The position numbers and the translations under genes were made by a program. Shown in pieces: positions 51,921 through 64,000 of a stretch of 64,000 bases of DNA. Each line of letters opens with the position of its first letter. Within the stretch, counting starts at the first letter, position 1. Under the pieces are notes generated by a model. That model did not search any database. It was not told where the DNA came from and was given only the letters and a program-made list of their open reading frames with translations. The stretch is taken from assembly GCA_012026655.1 (NCBI GenBank), contig JAAILG010000111.1, positions 62,001 to 126,000 of the forward strand, in the 5' to 3' direction. The stretch is from Hydrolagus affinis (Eukaryota).

Positions 51921-53185
51921 AGAAATGCTTTCTGTGCCTTTACAGAGCCACGCTGTTGACCTGTTAAGATTTGTCATCGCTTTGCAAACTGTTTAGCGTC
52001 TATTTCTAAACAGAACCGGGTGTATGCAAACATGACTTGAGTAAATCCTCAATGTGAGATTAGTAAATCCTCAATTAGTTGTTGGCATCCTGTACCATTT
52101 ATTTTACAGGTGATAGTGTATAAACATGGTGCTTGTTCAGCTTTTGCAGCCAGTTGAAGGATTTCATACTGCAATTGCTGCCTGTACTACTGTACCTAAG
52201 AAGGTGTCTCTTCAAGTCACAGAATATCAATGCTGTGCAGACATTCACTCAAAGTTTAGATATAAGTCATAAAACAATGATAACGTCATGTCATGAAGGC
52301 AAAAAGACACATCAAAGATAATAGGCAAGGGTGTTTAGACACAGCAGAGATTAGAATAGTCATGAAGAGTTCATCGTTAGCTTTCTGTTCATTTTGACAG
52401 CAATAAAGCAGTTATATTGTTTGGTAAGTAAAGCACATGACAAGAGTTTTGTGTGTGTGTGTAGTGGTGGTGAGTGAGTGGGGGCGGGGGGTGGGGGCGG
52501 GGGGAACAGTGAGAGGACATGCATATTTTAAACAGAAAAGCCTGACTTGAATTGAGCAACGTGTAACCACCGTAGACAGCATTCATTCACAACTATGTGA
52601 TCCTACATAGATTACACTGACAACTCCAACGAGGTGTGTCAAGGTTTATATTGGAATTCAGTGAAATATAATTCTGCTGAGGTTAAATAAAGCATGTTTT
52701 CAAACCAATTTTCAAAATATTCGCGAAAAAAGTTCTGCTGAGTCTCAAAAGTGAGTAGATGAGAAGAAAGGGACCAATGAAGGCAAGATATGATTCCTAA
52801 GCTGTGGAAAGTATTGAATGAGCTTTATTGCAAAGCATGGTGAACAGAGTTCAATAAAACGCTCTAATTCAAAACAAACATTGTTCAGAGATCATAAATA
52901 TTTGCCATATTCTGTCATAAGTCATCTAATCAACTATTGCACTGAGATCATTTACACTGGTGAAAACACAGCGGATTTCATAGCCAGAGATCCTCACGTC
53001 AAAATATAATTCACATTTCAGTTAAATAATTCAGTAAAATAATTTATATTAGTTTTAGGTATGAAATCTTACCCCAAACTAATATAAATCCTGGAATTGT
53101 TTTGGGAGAAAAAGAAATGCCAGAACACTTTTATCCTCCAGATAAATCAAAACACATATTATGTTTTGCCATAATTGAGATACAG

Positions 53186-53493
53186 TAATAATAATCTTTG
53201 CATTTGATATAGCGCTTTTCACGTCTTCTAGACGTCTCAATGCATTTCACAAGATATATTGTAACGTGAATTAACTGTCTATTTGTGGGCAAAACGTGAC
53301 AGCCAATTGCGCACAGAAGAGTCCCACAAACAGTCGTGGGAGTTGAAATTACCAATTTATTGTTTGTTTTTGGAGGGATTATTATTAGGTATGTGGAGTA
53401 AGGAAACTTGCCCAAGGTTTTGCCCTGCCTGGAATCGAACCCAGGTCTCTCGCTTGCAAGGCGAGTGCTCTAACCACTGAGCTACAGGACTCC
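53186..53493 (-). mobile_element. Full-length SINE
   Basis: Intact A and B boxes (ggagtcctgtagctcagtggttagagc...gggttcgattcc) and tail. Confidence 0.92.
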
Positions 53494-55140
53494 ATATCCT
53501 CTGTATTAACACTAAACCCATCAGGTTCAACAGTCAAATCTTGCTGATGTTGAGCAGAATAATGTTCCGATTTTTACCTTCAAAATAGCTCGCTGTAATG
53601 TCATGCCTTACCTTACTTAGCAAGTGACACTTTTTTTGTCTATTACTACAATGTATTCAATTTTAAACCTTCCCAGGATTTACTGTGATGTTAACTGACT
53701 GTGTATTTTCTAGCCAAATGCAGGTGGTGAAGGAGCTATAATTCAGCGCATAGTGACTAAGTGAATGAAACCAATACAAAATTCTGAAATATAGTAATGA
53801 TAAAACACTAAATACAATTTACCCTAATTTGGATGGAATATTTGTAATTGCTTTTGTGAAACAATAAAATGCACATAGAACAAGTGAGGTTAAATAAAAG
53901 CACACCTGTCCACTTTTCCAATGTCATTTAATTATCCGAAGTCTGTTTGTCTCTTTAAAGGATGAACATTTCATTTGTGGACCAGGGCCTTTTTATAATT
54001 GCTGTAATTACACAGGTCCCTGGCTAAGGATTATATCCGGCTAAGATGTAGTTGCAACAGGACATGTTCAGCATTTCAATTCAGAAGAAAAATACACTGA
54101 ATTGAGCAGTTTATAACAAAACATGACTTTCTTGTTTCAGCTATTTTCTGCAACATTCAATTTGTTTTTCAACTTGAATAATACTCAGTGCATATAATAC
54201 AGCACATTATCACGTCTTCGAGTAGTCTCAAAGCGCTTCACAGAAATTGACTGTATATTTTGAGTGCAAAACACGGCAGCAAACTGCACACAGCAGTGTC
54301 CCACAAAGAGTCTTAGATGGAAGTGACCGACAGCCTGTCACTGAACAGAGATTATAACAATAATAATGATTTAATAATAATCCTTGCGTTTGATATAGTG
54401 CATATCATTGAGACACTTCAAAGCTCCTCACAGAATATATAGTAAATGGATTGACTGTGTACAGTATTTTGTGGGCAAAATATGTATCAACGATGCAATT
54501 TCAGCATTTCATAGAAGTTTGAAGCTCAACATATGGAAGAAACATGGGAATTGTGCTTGAGTCAATTCTCTTTAGACCTTGCTACCCACAAATGCCAAGA
54601 AAATTATATTGTAACATTTATGTTGATCTTGTTTGAAGAATTATGATCCTAGTCCTTCGATATATACATTAAAATATATATTATAAAAAAAAATAATTCT
54701 GAGGGTTCATCTGAAGGGATAACTTTTTTGTTGAAGACACAAAATTGTGTACACATGAAATGTGCTGGAGAACACAGGAGCGCAGGTGTCAAAAACCACC
54801 CTCGTTTATTACTTTACAAATTATTTATATGTTTATTCGCAACACAAAATCTATGAGAATTCACGGAAGCAGAGCTTGATTGCCAATTCTGGCATGAGGA
54901 AATAATAATTCCCCCCACCCCACTCTCTCCCTGAAAGGAAAGGTGGAGGGAATTATCCACCTGTTTATATATACTATACCTGAAACAACACAAGTGTGGA
55001 TGGGCAAAAGTCAATACATTTTAATTATCCTTGCATTTTGTAGGTTGATAAACTGTTCGTGTGCCCAGGTGCTGTGAAAATAATATTCAGGTCTTGGGGG
55101 TGGGAGGTTAATATTTAAGAGTGTGATCCATATCTGACGT

Positions 55141-55495
55141 GGAGTCCTGTAGCTCAGTGGAGCACTTGCTTCGCAAGCCAGAGTCCTGGGTTCGATTTGG
55201 GGCAAGTTTCCTTACTCCACATGCCTGATAGGTCCCCCGAATCCTCCGCTCCACCATCGGCGGCTGTGCCTTCAGCCACTACGCCCCGAGGCTCTGGAAC
55301 TCCCTTTCACACTCCCTTTGCCTCGCCCCCTCTCTTCCCAGTTTCAAGTCTGGGCTAAAGACCTTTCTCTTCGACTGCGCCTTTGGTCACCTTTCTATCC
55401 CTCCCCCTGGCTCACCCCCAGGATTCGTCATTGTTAAGCGCTCTGAGACGCCATCCAGCATGGAGGGCGCTATATAATCGATGTTGTTGCTGTTG
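55141..55495 (+). mobile_element. SINE head (55141-55230) fused to an L2 3' end (55231-55495)
   Basis: ggagtcctgtagctcagtgg...ccacatgcctgata joined directly to ggtcccccgaatcctccgctcc..., which is homologous to 61930-62183. Confidence 0.8.
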
Positions 55496-55499
55496 AAAG

Positions 55500-56240
55500 A
55501 GTTAGGAGGGGAGGGAGAGAGTTGGGAGGGCAGCAGTGGGCACGATCGAAGAGGAGGATCTTGAGACCGGCCTTGAAAGAGGCAAGGGAGGAAGCGAGGT
55601 GAAGGGACTGTGAGACGAAGTTCCAGAGTGTGGGGACAGAGAGGCTGAAAGCTTGTCCGCCGATCGTAGGGCGGTCGAGCGGAGGATATAGACCACACTG
55701 GAACCCGCTGAACGGAGGGGGCTGGCAGGTTCATAGGGGGACAGCATGTCAGAGATAGCATGTCAAGGTCATGAATGGCCTTGAGAATCTTGAGGATCCT
55801 GGATCTTGAATTCAATCCTCTGAGGGATGGGGAGCCAATGGAACTGGGCAAGGATGGGAGTGATATGGTCAGAGCTTGGTGTGGGAGAGGACACGATCTG
55901 CAGAGTTCTGGATGATCTACAGCTTGTGAAGGGAAGAGCCAGGAAGGCTGACAAGGAGGGAGTTTCCAGTCGAGCCTTTATGTGACGAATGCGTGGACTA
56001 GGGTTTTGACAGCCTGAGGGGTGAGGCAGTGGCGGCGTCTGGTGATGTTGCGAAAATGGTGGTAGGCAGTACTAGTCATGGTGCGGATGTGGGGAGGAAG
56101 TCAGTTCAGAGTCGGAACAAGACGCCCAGGTTCTTGACTGGCTTTTAGAGGTGGAGGGAGCAGCCATGGATGCTGATGCTGTCAGCGCTTGAGGTGCGGA
56201 GGCGCTGACGTGAGCCAATCAGGAGGGCCTCAGTCTTGCA
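55500..56240 (-). mobile_element. L2 LINE ORF2 C-terminus and 3' UTR
   Basis: DHITPILAQFHWLPIPQRIEFKI, a typical L2 motif. Confidence 0.9.
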
Positions 56241-57169
56241 GAAATAGCCACTATGCAAAGCATTTCATGCCTTTCTGCATGAAAATGTTTCTGCTTCCTT
56301 TCGACTCTTCTCGTGACAATCTTTTGATGTTACAGATTTCCCGCACTGCAGGAAAACCTTTCGCCATATACCTTCTCAAAATCTTTCAGAATCTCTATCA
56401 TCATGTTATGCAAATGTTTGTATGCACAGGACGGATTCTGGCAATTATAAAATAAATAAATTAAATATATTTGCTATGCCAATGTTTCATTGAGAATAAC
56501 AATAGCCTGGATGAGTTATCGCTTCAAACTGTTTTGGTGACCATTATATGAACGAAACACAGGCAAGAATGGACCTAATTGTCTATTATTTTTTATTGTT
56601 AGTGTTCTGCACAGTGAAGGGGACTACACGGGAGGTAATTGGAAATAAACAAAGGATGTTTGGCGACACAAGTACTATTGCACAATGGGCTTTCTGATAT
56701 TGGATGTGCAGAATTACAGGAAATAATTTGTTTATATAGCTTATGTTACAAGGATGTTGTTTTCAGGAAATACAGGGTAAACAAAGCATTCAGAATATAT
56801 TATGTGGATAATCATAGATTTTTGTGGGAAATTACAGATGCATGTCCATTCTAGAATATATTTTGAGCCAGTAAGCCTCAAACAATTCATCTAATTTTGT
56901 TGTTTGTAAAACTAGGCTAACGTGGACAAGGTGGACTGGCCATGGAGACACTGAGAGGACAATGATATTCAGTCAATTCAGTTGACATTCATTATATTCT
57001 GTGAAGCGTTTTGAGATGTCTCAAAGACATGATAAGGCACTATATCAAACGCAAGGATTGTTATTATTATTATACAGAAATAAAATATAAGGGAAAAAGA
57101 CAATTGAACAATGTCATCAGATAAAACCTTTGTTTTCCTTTTAAGAAAGTACCTGTAAAGGACAAACAC

Positions 57170-59229
57170 TATGCATTTCACGAATTGATTTTATTAATTT
57201 AAACACAAAAGTCATGAGAAAAGTCTGTACAAGTTTTTGCAGACACAACACACCTTTTTTTTCACATGGCTTGGTGATCTGTTGGTTTCCAGTCATTCTG
57301 ATTGTAAAAAGCAAAAAACATAAACCACCATCTTATTATTGGTTTAATTTTTCAGTTGGTAAGTATTTAAATAGTCCAATGTAGTCTTATTCCAGCAGAG
57401 GTACTTGCAATGTTAATTTACCCTTGTGAAAAAGTAGACTCTTATATTGTTGAATGATTTCTTGATTGAATGAATTGTTGTAGCTAATAGCTGTCGGCAT
57501 TTATCAAATAAGCTTTTTATGTATGTACATGAGATGTAAACCAACAGATCTGAAGTCTCTCTACAGTGATCACAGGGGAGTTCTATGTCGGGTATTTGTC
57601 AATGTAAGCTATGATTTATGTTTATTTGATAACTTCTGCAAATTTGCATGACAGTTAGAATAAGCGCACAGGGTTAAATTTTATAAAATCTACCAAATGG
57701 AAAACAGCTTTTCTTTGCCTATCAACAAATGAGCTACATAGAACAGAATAAACATGTATGGACGGAAAGGAAAGTGGAAGGGAATTATAGTTAGAATTGC
57801 ATTCACAGTAAACAGGCCAAAGCTTTTAGTCTTCTGTAGTCTGAAGTGCCAAAGCTTTAAAAAGTCCTAGACCTCAAAACAAATCTCAGTCAACAGCATC
57901 GAATGTTAATAATATTTTTCATGAAAAATGGACAATACCAAAATAGATCAGACCCAATGACACAAGGAAAATTCTATAATGTTCTAACATGTTTTGCTTT
58001 AAAAAATCTACACTTTAATTTCCTAATGTATTTCCATACAAGAGAATGTAGATGCTACAAGGGCTTCAGTTTTCAGTAAAATAATGCTCATTCTAGTTGG
58101 TAATAAAAGAAAAGCTTTCATAATAATAAAAAATATACTATATCCTCTACATTCTTTGTGTATGAAGAGATTGGGGAATTATTCTCTACTTTCTTTAAGC
58201 AGAGCTGTTAATGTATGGTTGATGAAAGGTGGATGAAAATTAATTTAGGAAAATGTGAAAGGCTAAAAAAGAGAGATAAATCTTTTTGACACTTGACATC
58301 CATGCTTTTGGTCTTGACAAAATTCTTATCACAAAAATTCCATTATCTACATATTTACCCAACAAAAAGTTTCACTTTAACACACCAACACTTTGATAAG
58401 GCACAGCACATGTGCACACAATGCCGTGCTGAACTTATACTTCACAAATTAGGCATTGCTACCTTTCCATTGCATTTACCTTAACAAAATGTAAAATAAT
58501 TGTCTGATGATTACAAATTTACACAAAATGACATTTTTATATACATGATTGTCTTAGCAAAGTAAATGACCATCTTGAATGACAAGATAACCATTTTTCT
58601 GTAAACTACTTTGTGACATGACAAAATCAAATGTGCTTGCTGTGTCAAATGATAAACATCTAATTAAGTACCTTCATAAATGATGTTAACATATAACAGT
58701 CAGTTCATAAATAAGGACAGATGTACCCCTGGCTATCTGCAATCAGGGAAGCACACTTTCTCCACAGGCAAAAAAATACTACTAGTATTTGTCCAACTCT
58801 GTTTTTAGTGTAAGATTTACATTTTGTCTGACAAATATAGCTTTTTCTCTTACTGAAGTCTTACTCTTACAGTTATTAACCCTTGAAGCACTGGCATCTG
58901 TTCTGAAGGCCATATAGAGTTCTGGTTGATTCAGTAGGGTAAAGGTTAAGCATCTTCTGTTTATTCTCTTCACAGGTATGAACTCTTGTAGCAACATAAC
59001 AACAACAGTTAAACATTGTTCAACATTATGATGGCTCTCACTGTATGCATCTAATCCACAATCCTTGGGAGTCTCCGGCTGGAAAGTTAAGGGTTAAGAC
59101 AAATTGCAGCTGTATGTCAACACTTGTGACACATCACACAGTTTGGAGTTAGAAGCTGATCAAGACACAGTATTGTAGTCCAGTGATAGTGAAGGTGGAG
59201 AAGCTGTGTTTCAAAGTGCCGAAATACTG
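57170..59229 (-). other. EYA1: EYA1 3' UTR (approx. 2 kb, end inferred)
   Basis: AT-rich and free of recognisable SINE/LINE copies, unlike the flanks. Ends at a minus-strand AATAAA (57190-57195) with TGTA upstream and a GT/T-rich tract downstream. Confidence 0.7.
57190..57195 (-). promoter_or_regulatory. Putative distal polyadenylation signal of EYA1
   Basis: AATAAA on the minus strand, TGTA at 57226-57231, downstream tagtgtttgtccttt. The first SINE fragment lies just beyond (56970-57072). Confidence 0.65.
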
Positions 59230-59310
59230 CTACAAGTATTCCAATTCCAGGGCATGATGTAGGGACATAAGGTCAGAGTGGCTTGAGATCCTCCAGAATG
59301 GCATAGTGTG
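59230..59310 (-). CDS. EYA1: EYA1 last coding exon
   Basis: ttgtttgcAG acceptor at 59311-59312, phase 0, compatible with the upstream exon. Translates [26 protein letters not shown] with TAG at 59230-59232, the conserved EYA C-terminus. Too short for the ORF track. Intron 59311-63868. Confidence 0.96.
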   Translation of the reverse strand, partial: HTMPFWRISSHSDLMSLHHALELEYL

Positions 59311-59667
59311 CTGCAAACAATACAAATAGGAAATATGAGAAGATCGCATAGCTGCTGCTCTGGCTAAACAATTAATTGTTTGAAATGCCAACTCTAAACA
59401 AGCCAAAGGTTCAAAGATGTAAACTTGACAGATAAATTATTGGTTAGAGCTATTAAAAGCCTGCCACCATGTTTTCATTGAAAGTGCCATAGGGTTTCTA
59501 TTTTTAAAAGAGATTAGAATACTAAACTGCATTTGACGAGACAGCTGAAAAAGCAGCCAACAAGCAAAGACATGATATATGTCCTTTAGCACTAACTTTT
59601 TGAACTTCAATTAATATTTTCTGTAAAGTATTATGTATCTAGTATGGATAATCCATATTAGTACATT

Positions 59668-60028
59668 TATAATAACAATAATAATAATCCTTGCATTTGA
59701 TATACAGACGTCCTCTGACGTGAAAGGCGCTCTATAAATGTAGTTTTGTTGTTGTAGAGCTTTCCATGTCTTCTACATATCTCAAAATACTTCACAGAAT
59801 ATACTGTAAAGAGAACTGACTGTATATTTGTGAGTGATGTGGCAGCTAATTGTGCACAGCAGTGTCACAACAGTCACAAAAAGTTGTTATTTGAAGTGAT
59901 CCATTTATTATTTTTTTTGAGTGATTATTATTAGGCATGTGGAGTAAGGAAACTTGCTGAAGGTTTCACCCTACCAGGAATCAAACCCAGATCTCTTGCT
60001 TGCAATATGAGTGCTTTAACCACTGAGC
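59668..60028 (-). mobile_element. SINE in EYA1 last intron, with an L2 mini-tail inserted at 59707-59755
   Basis: SINE motifs interrupted by gacgtcctctgacgtgaaaggcgctctataaatgtagttttgttgttg. Confidence 0.85.
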
Positions 60029-61879
60029 ACCAATTAACAAGGTCCTTTTTACTTGGGGAAGGCAGCAGTGCATTCATTGATGTTTCTCTTTCCTGGAACC
60101 TGATTTAATAAACTACTTATCAATGAATGAAGGACTGCCTCATTTGTGGAATGATGTTTGCGCCAATTGGTAACAGTATTAGCTGCAAAATGACAATCAG
60201 GTCCTGTTCACTATAAAAACAAATGGATTCATTGTAGAAATACGACTCTCAGATGAATTAGAAGACCTTGTCAAGAAATGACTTGAAATCATTTCCGCGG
60301 ATCATTACCAAGACTCATCTCAAAGGTAAATATTCTCAGAAGGAATGCATTCCTATTTTTAATGCCGAAATCCAAGAAATGGCCTTTTCCTTTTTTTGTG
60401 TAAATTTCCTATACTGTAGAGGTCGATAATGTTATCCATTTGCTGTCAATTCAGATGCATCTCATCAGGACAAATATTCAAATATACCCTATTTACATGT
60501 ATACTTTTACAAAAATGATATATATATATATTTATTTCCTACTTTATCTTTTTAAGTTTCTTTCCTATCCTAACAAATGTTTAAACCACAACAACTTTCA
60601 TCATTTACTTCTAGAAATGATTAGACTCTTACCTTAGGGATGTCTTGTGGATAATATATTAGCTTAGCACATTATATTTCTGCCATCCAAACATTGAATC
60701 ATTGTTGCTTCAATCACAGTTGCTTTCTTTATTTTATATTAAACATTTATTAAAAGACATTGTCGAACAGTGTTATTTTCCCTGAATATATTGCAAACAT
60801 GAATTGTGCTACGATTACTGATCAGTTTAGTAATGTTAAATCTAAAAGGAAAATTCTGCCTGCCAAGATATGGAACTTTAATCAGTAATCTGCATTGTTC
60901 CATTGCTTGGGCTCCCAAAGAAAGGACTTGTTGGAGCATGCTACTCATTTCTAATGCCTCCTGAGAACTCCCTTCTTGAAAGGTTAGAAATAATAAATAC
61001 TGCCTCATTCTTGCACCTAGTAATTTTGAAGCTTTCTCACTCTTCATTACCTCTAACTGCAGTTTGAATTAAGAAAAGCTACCTGTCAGATCAATAGGTC
61101 AGGTCCATACCTGTTCCTTAATTAGCATTCAGAGTGAGGTGGTTATTGTGAGGGAATTTAGTTTAGTTCAAAGGCTTTAAAAGGCTGAATACACATGTCT
61201 TTCTACTGGGCACATTTACATCAATCTCTTAATTTCAACAACAAAGAAATATGGAGTCTGATGCTTAAGTACCTTAACAACTAACTGATTTACAGAAAAG
61301 CCAGGCAACAGTTGAATGCCATTCTGTTTTTCATAACCCGTCATATACATAAATCTTCCAATTTCAACAACAGCATATGTAGTTTGAGTTTTTGCTGTGT
61401 TTACTATTAATATGTTCAAAATGACTTAACTTTTAAAATATGCTAAATTGATGGAAGCATTTTATCATTGCAACTAAGAACATATAACATAATTAAAATC
61501 TATGTTTTCTCCGATAATAACACAGGAATGAGCATTTAAACTGTAACATGGATAAACAGGGCATGAGTGAAGGAAGTCTAGCCAGAAAACATATATTCCT
61601 TCACTGAATTACTTGAGAACCTGAAGGCAATTAGCAGGAATGTAGATAATGGTGAGAAATTTTAGGTGCAAATCTCCTCAAAACCACAGGAAACTTCAAT
61701 ACAGCTTCACTGGGTCACCGGAGCGCGAGTGCATCACTAAATCACCATGGAGCTTGGATACATCTTATCCAGACAATCTGGATCTTTGGTTCATCTCCTT
61801 TAGATGATCAAATATCAATACTTCTCATGACTATGAGGAACTTCAATACCTTTCTTCTAGAATAGATTAATCCTCTCTC

Positions 61880-62184
61880 CCCAAACCAGCGTCTATTGCC
61901 TTCGCTCCACCAGGTCTGGCCTCCTCCAGGTCCCCCAAATCCTCCGCTCCACACTCGGTGGCCATGCCTTCAGCCACTACGGCCTGAGGCCCTTCCTCAC
62001 TCCCTTCGCCTTGCCCCCTCTCTTCCCAGTTTCAGGTCACAGCTAAAGACCTTTCTCTTCGACCGCGCCTTTAGTCACCTTTCTACCCCTGCCCCTGGCT
62101 CGGTCCTAGGATCCGCTATTGTGAAGTGCTCTGAGACGCTGTTCGGCATGGAGGGCCTATATAAATTGAAGTTGTTGTTGTTGT
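61880..62184 (+). mobile_element. L2 3' end in EYA1 last intron
   Basis: ...SLPSFRSQLKTFLFDRAF C-terminus and (TTG)n tail. Confidence 0.85.
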
Positions 62185-62811
62185 AGTGGGCACTTCTACA
62201 CATCTCCTATAGACTATCAGGAACTTGGACACACCTCCACTGGACTATTGGCAATATACACACTTCCTCAGTCTAGACTAAGGAGTTATCCCTCAGTTAT
62301 GGAGAATGGTTTTATTGTATGTGTATGATATGGTGCACGGATAGCTTTTCTCTTTTTTTTAAATCTGTAATAGTGATCCAGAAGCTATAGTTGAAAGATT
62401 CAGTGATACTTGTTTCACAGCCTCCATCAATGCCACAATAAATTGACTATTTGGAGATGCACATGAATGGTTTGGTAAGTGCCTTTTATGTGATCTCAGC
62501 CCATGAAGAAGCAACTTGCTTTCAATGCCATTGGAAATTCATTGGTTGTAAGAGACGTAGACACAACTCAGATCTGATCGCTCTGCACTTTAAACATTAG
62601 CAGTTAAGTGTGATCATCTTTATTACTGACTAACTGTAGTTGTTGCAGCTACTCTTGCAACCAGTTCATTTAATCAGCTTTCTCTTTCATTTGGCATTTT
62701 TATTTGTCCTTGAAAGGCTTAATCTTCACTTCTTAGGTATTTTTAAACCTTAAGATTAAGCATATGTGCACTGAACTCGATTGTACCCTTGTTCACATAT
62801 TTACACACATA

Positions 62812-62920
62812 TCCTTTTGGGAGGAATCCTGTAGGAGGATTTCTGTTGGTAGGATTCAGTGGGAAGACTCAATGGAAGGACTCGTGTGGGAGGACTCCTG
62901 ATTGGGAGGACTCCTGTTGG
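62812..62920. repeat. Degenerate minisatellite, ~14-16 bp unit (tgggaggactcctg)
   Basis: About 7 diverged units, e.g. tgggaggactcctgattgggaggactcctgttgg. Confidence 0.7.
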
Positions 62921-63357
62921 TATCTCTACATCAATTGGTTAGACAGACACGCAATCAGACATTTTGTAGTTATTAGCATAAATAGGTACATTATATGTCT
63001 CTAGAAGGGTGTGTGACCTCTGGCACTATTTTGTTGCTGAATACCATGCATACATTTTTGAGGGATTACTTAAAGCATTAAGAATAATGTGTATGTACAT
63101 GTCGCTCCCCCATGCAAGACCTCTTCGATGAAGTATAAATCATGTCTCTACCTCAATCGGTTATCGTGTTCTTGGTGGAAAGACAGACACACAGACATTT
63201 TGTTTTTATTAGTATAGATATGTAGAAATCTAATATCATGAAATTTTCTATACAGTGAGAGGAAGATTATTTGCCTTGTATAATTATCTTCCCTCCACTT
63301 CCTTTTGTAAACATGGTTTACTCCCTTCCCTTCTACTGATGTCTGTTTCATGTTAGA

Positions 63358-63650
63358 ATGGCTGTTATTCATTTGTGAATCTGTGATCGATAATTGGCTA
63401 TTTCACGGAGGGGAGAGGGGGTAAAAAGCTGAGTCTGACCTCGTGCAATTCACACATTTGCAGCTTGCAGCAGATGTCTCTCCATGGAAATCCAAATGAT
63501 GTCCCCTCCCTAATCCACAGGTGCTGAGGCTAATTGTAACCCCCAACCACTGCCCTGTCTAAGCAGACTGGAATTTGAACTTGCACCTTTCTGATATTTA
63601 AGGCATATAGTTACATTAGGCGTTGTCGTTATCCATTATTTAATTGGGGA
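63358..63650 (-). mobile_element. AmnSINE2-like ancient SINE relic in EYA1 last intron
   Basis: tcccctccctaatccacaggtgctgaggctaattgtaacccccaaccactgccc is colinear with the reverse complement of the recalled AmnSINE2 (TCCCCTCCCTAGCCCAGGGGCGCTGAGGCCAATTGTAGCGCCCCTACTGCCGCCCC); flanking blocks are also colinear. Confidence 0.6.
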
Positions 63651-63868
63651 ATCAGACAAAGAACCTACTAATATACAGACTTTCAGATATGTAGCTGTCT
63701 TTGAGCTCTTATGGGTTTATCCGTCAGCCTTGTGTTGTCCATGAATAGCAAATGGTAAATAGCCAGCCACAGGGGGAAGCAGACTGGAATTTTGGTCAAG
63801 CAATACTGTCAGGACATGCTGCATAACAAAATAGTATAAAGAAAGTCATAAAATCCATAATAATTTAC

Positions 63869-63969
63869 CTTTTTAGATGCCTGTTCTTCTTCAATGCCAT
63901 CTCCCACAACAACATAAACTACTTTTCTGCCAAACCTTTGAATTATTCGTTCAAAGCAGCTTTCCTTTC
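63869..63969 (-). CDS. EYA1: EYA1 penultimate coding exon (Eya domain / HAD-family phosphatase C-terminus)
   Basis: 101-bp exon between a tttcacttcAG acceptor (63970-63971) and a GTaaat donor (63867-63868). Translates (G)[33 protein letters not shown], containing the HAD motif GDGx[15 protein letters not shown] matches recalled EYA1 better than EYA2 (IMQRFGRKAV) or EYA4 (IVSRFGTNIT). Confidence 0.95.
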
Positions 63970-64000
63970 CTGAAGTGAAAGAAGCACATATCAACTGTCA

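Noticed and set aside
51427-53493. Inverted SINE pair as a dsRNA/editing substrate
   Set aside because: Outside the inferred EYA1 transcript, and expected given the SINE density.
59224-59232. Stop-codon readthrough signal for EYA1
   Set aside because: The context TAG CAG TAT matches neither UAG-CARYYA nor UGA-CUAG.
63809-63994. ORF-track 61-aa protein as a standalone gene
   Set aside because: Only 63869-63969 is exonic; the ORF runs through the splice sites into intron on both sides.

Overview
Eukaryotic, AT-rich and repeat-rich vertebrate DNA. The repeat repertoire (one dominant tRNA-headed SINE with an (ATT)n tail, Deu-domain SINEs, L2, CR1, Penelope) points to a cartilaginous fish, most likely a holocephalan such as the elephant shark; this is inferred from recalled repeat consensus sequences, not from a search. 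The only host gene is the 3' end of EYA1 on the minus strand: penultimate exon 63869-63969, last coding exon 59230-59310 and a ~2 kb repeat-free 3' UTR ending near 57175. The other ~57 kb is a gene desert of SINE/LINE fragments, a decayed and multiply nested Gypsy element (35360-39400), two Tigger-like MITEs, ancient LF-SINE-like and AmnSINE2-like relics, and several repeat-free blocks that resemble conserved enhancers. The most unusual signal is Penelope-related. An inverted-repeat Penelope insertion carries hammerhead ribozyme motifs, a 37-nt unpaired tail and a 14-bp TSD (25331-26626). About 10 kb away, an insertion consists of that tail alone (32 bp), also with a 14-bp TSD (37132-37191). 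No prokaryotic features, CRISPR arrays or rRNA/tRNA genes were found. Most ORFs in the supplied track are spurious or repeat-derived. Repeat boundaries are by-eye estimates unless a TSD or TIR is quoted.
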